Shown: positions 60,531 through 64,000 of the stretch, piece by piece | Layout: every line of letters starts with the position of its first letter | Position numbering within the stretch: the stretch's first letter is position 1 | NCBI RefSeq assembly: GCF_031769215.1 | Contig: NW_026782059.1 | Coordinates: 434,001-498,000 of the forward strand | DNA from: Ylistrum balloti | Taxonomy: Eukaryota | Direction: 5' to 3' | DNA: 64,000 bases | The notes under the pieces: generated by a model | The model's database searches: none | What the model saw: only the letters and a program-made list of their open reading frames with translations | What the model was told of the DNA's origin: nothing | Program-made: the position numbers and the translations under genes

Positions 60531-62412
60531 ATAAACAACACATTAGGAGACAAGATTATGATGAAACTTCTAATGAGTCTTTAAGAATAAGGACATAAGC
60601 TATGGGACTTTTCGGTACTATCTTCCATAAAATGTAGGTGTCCCATGATCACCATGCTTGTAGATACTACAAAATTAAACAATATCTGGGACATAAATGG
60701 TAACAGTTTACAAAATCCGCTGATCTGATTCTAGATAATTTATATGACATTAGCAATATATATGGATAATGATAGAAATCGATAACATTTGCCTCTACCA
60801 GACTCGGGTGTAATCATGACAAGGATTTCGGATCAACAGACATATTGGGAGAGGTAGGGTTGATAATAATTAAACAATCAACCAGACAGAATGACGGTCT
60901 CACTTTTCACAAAGTTTAGCACACACTAACATCAAATCAGTTTTTTCATGTAACATGACCAAATGGTAGAGTACTGTTAAAATGCATTTCTGTCACTTTA
61001 TCACATACATGTATATAGAGTTATGTTTAATGTATCATTAAACATAGTACTGACAAACAAATCTTTAACGCACCTCATGAAATCAAGTTATAATTTCATA
61101 CTTCACTAAACTGATACTGTATTTATCAAATGGCTGATAAGATGCCAACTTCAGCATATTACAGAATAAATGGAAAGGTAAATGCTAGTACCTAAAATTC
61201 CATTATTTTAAAATATCATTCCTAAAAAAATGAAAATGAAACATCAACAAAGAGAAATCATGAAGAGTGCGACATGGAGAGACTGAACTTACTTGGAAAT
61301 ATCCAATTGGATAGTCTTCAAATCTTACCGTAATCTCGAGCTCCAAAATTTGTTTGATTGCCAATCAAAGAGCTATGGATTATGGTAAGCTTAAGCAGAC
61401 TAGACTAGACTCAGAATAAAAGTAGGAACTGAACACGTCGATGCCTTAATCAGAAATGTGCAATATTCCAGCCCAAAGTCACACTTAAAAATAAATTCTC
61501 TACTTTTCTTTGTTATTGGATTTGAGGAATAGATCTCAAAAAATATATTAGAAACACAACAAATGAGAAAAAAGGGCAAAAACTTTTGTTATTATAAAAC
61601 TGATATGAAGGTCATAATTTGTAAAGGGCTATAACCCTCTTACTGTGAAAACATAAAAGGCAATAACTATTTTAGGTATAGTGTTCTAAAAGTAACTGGA
61701 GACAAGTCAGGAAAATCACCAATGATTAGCTGGGACAATTGTGACCTCTGAACTTTAACCTGCTGATCTCTACAAGGAATCAAGGTTACAATACTGCAGA
61801 TAGAATGATAAATAATATTTGAGGTATCACTATATTTTGATAAACACCATCTGGAATAAATCATATTGACTTTAAATGATGTCAAAAGTAACAAATTACT
61901 ATCCCAATTCATAGTTATCTGACATAACAAATTGAATTCCAAATCCCAGGCTACATTTAGAATCAAAATATTGTCTGGAATGTTTCCTTGTTTGCAGAGA
62001 ATATTCCACACAGAGGTCTCAATAAAAAAATAAGTTTCTAAAAACATTCCAGAAATTTTCAGGTTCTGAATTTTCAAGTCAAGTGCCGATGTCATGTAAC
62101 ACAGTCAAATCAACAAAGTGAGACTAAGATTATGGTATGGAACTGTCACGTGTGACACATCACCTCACATCACATGGCCATCCCCGATACATCACTTTGT
62201 CAACTGACAGGGCCTATTCCGACACCGTAGCACATAATGAGGCCATTCTGATGCCTTGTGTGACTTAGCAAACCCTAGACACACTAATTAATCTCCCTGT
62301 ACTGGTGAGATCTGTTATAATGATATATAAATATTGCATATTTAGTCCTACAGGTCAAACAACAAACTAACTGTAATAACAGCAATTAAACATGTGACTA
62401 TTTTGGCTAAGT

Positions 62413-62632
62413 TTAACAGACGGTGTCCTCATCAATTCGACTGATTGAACCCTTCGTACTCGGAGGGTCAACCACAATCTCTATTTTTGCAGGATTGTTT
62501 GGTTTATCATCTAGTAGCTGCTCTTTTTCCTCGTCGTCGATGTAGAACTGAACAGGCATCTTGTTCTTTTTGGACTTGTGTTTATGATGGCCATGTGAAT
62601 TATGGTCATCATCTGGGTATTTGGACTTGTGG
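62413..62632 (-). CDS. SLC4-family terminal coding exon
   Basis: acceptor actttcag at 62634-33 (alternative in-frame AG at 62652-51); HKSKYPDDDHNSHGHHKHK...RIDEDTVC*. Confidence 0.75.
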
Positions 62633-63343
62633 CTGAAAGTAAACAAATATCTGTGAAACACGATCATCACTAATTTACTACAAGGAAGCATGACTAAAAG
62701 ATACCATATCTTATTTTGTAACTGCAAGGCCAGCTTTTGAATCTAAATTTAGCAAAGTGAACATTTGCATGTGTTTTTTTCTGTCTTTAGAGAAATCCCT
62801 TTTTTGTCTGTATTTTTAACAGATCTCTTATCTCAGAGTCAATTAGAAATTCTTGTTTTTTGGGATTTTTTTTGTGCGTATCTTAAGGGGTATCTTTTCG
62901 TGTTTTTAAGAGAATCTCTAATTTTCTGCGTCTCAAAAGGAATGACCTAATTTTTTTTCTGTGTCTTTAGTAGTTTTCCTGTTTTTCTGCATCTTAAGAG
63001 AATTACTTACTTACTTTGTCTTAAGGAAAATACCTTGTTCAATCTGAGTCTTTAAGGTAATTCCCTGTTTTTATATGTGTCCTGCTAACACTGAGGTTCA
63101 GATCCAATTAGAAACTTACTTTTTAACACTGTCTCCATGAAGGTTAGGAGATGATTCGTTAGCCACTATTGTTTTCCAGAGTGTGGTCTTGGCCATTTCC
63201 TCAGAGATATTCACTGGTTCCATCTCCATGCCTACAGTGACACGATCTACCGGGATATTGATGAAGCTGCCGGTCTGGAGCGGCAGATTGACATGGCCTG
63301 GAGTGTATTTATTTGGATCTAACAGCATGCTCTGTTCCTCTTC
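62413..63343 (-). CDS. SLC4A7/8/10-like Na+-coupled bicarbonate transporter, last two coding exons (63120-63343, 62413-62632)
   Basis: EEEQSML...V.LPL...VNISEEMAKTTLWKTI resembles the recalled SLC4A10 tail EEEQSML...VQLPL...INISDEMSKTALWRNL; GT-AG phases fit; ends DEDTVC*. Confidence 0.8.
63120..63343 (-). CDS. SLC4-family penultimate coding exon
   Basis: acceptor gtttacag at 63345-44; EEEQSMLLDPNKY...NLHGDSVK; donor GTAAGT at 63119. Confidence 0.82.
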
Positions 63344-63735
63344 CTGTAAACATCAAATCATTTAAATATTATATACATTTTCACAAGGTCGCTTCATATC
63401 CAATGTATTAGCAGACTTTTTAATATCTTCTAAGTGCAGTAAACCTGTAGTTTGATGGTGTGAACATTTAACTGAAAAACATCAATATCAATTGGAGCTC
63501 TTTCATCAAAAATCTAGAAATCAGCTATAGTTATATAAAATTCACAAACACAATATGATATATATATGTCTCAAACCTCCTTTATAAGGAGAATATTAAA
63601 ATGACAGTTGTCTTGAAATTGAGGATTAAGTAGTTTTGATGCTATCAGGATATAACTTTCTATACAGAAAGCAATTTTAATATTTATCTTTACTTGTTTG
63701 CATGTGCATGATACCTCTAAATTTTGAATTTCTAT

Positions 63736-63854
63736 CTCAAAATTTTGCGTTGCTATCTCAAAATTTTGGGTTAATATCTCGAAATTTCGGATTACTAACT
63801 CGAAATTTTGAGTTACTGACTCAAAATTTCGAGTTGCTATCTCGAAATTTTGCG
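63736..63854. repeat. 21-bp array of near-palindromes, 6 copies
   Basis: CTC(A/G)AAATTT(T/C)G(A/C/G)G at 63736+21n. Confidence 0.85.
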
Positions 63855-64000
63855 ATAAAATAAAACACAACATGGCTGGAATATGCTTCCATACTGAACA
63901 CATATACATTTACTAAATGCTGATGGCTTTCAAGCAGTTGCTGTTTCAGTATTTTTGCCTGGCTTAGAAATTTCCTCACCCTAAGAGGCTAAATACTACT

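Overview
AT-rich, intron-rich animal genomic DNA; a bivalve-like mollusc is inferred from the repeat families and gene content. Four protein-coding loci can be reconstructed by hand. (1) The 5' ~1,447 codons of DNAJC13/RME-8 on the minus strand: 38 phase-consistent GT-AG exons, 23452 down to the window start, including the GYF-like segment and the HPD J-domain. (2) A two-exon LRRD1 orthologue on the plus strand (31953-35398; ~25 LRRs plus a death domain, ~772 aa). (3) An unusual minus-strand type-I membrane mucin/F-type-lectin gene (52314-41955): signal peptide, S/T/P decapeptide arrays, an N-terminal half F-type lectin domain with a variant sugar-binding motif, a ~37x [10 protein letters not shown] stalk, a CxCxC/coiled-coil/SAxDxRxS juxtamembrane module and a TM helix. 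Parts of it carry stops and frameshifts, and the second half of the lectin domain could not be found. (4) The last two coding exons of an SLC4A7/8/10-type Na+-coupled bicarbonate transporter on the minus strand (63343-62413). The rest holds a doubly deleted RTE LINE, V-domain tRNA-SINEs, probable non-autonomous Helentron-like elements and many minisatellites, two of which have copied real DNAJC13 splice donors. All calls are from manual translation and recalled family motifs; no database search was run.
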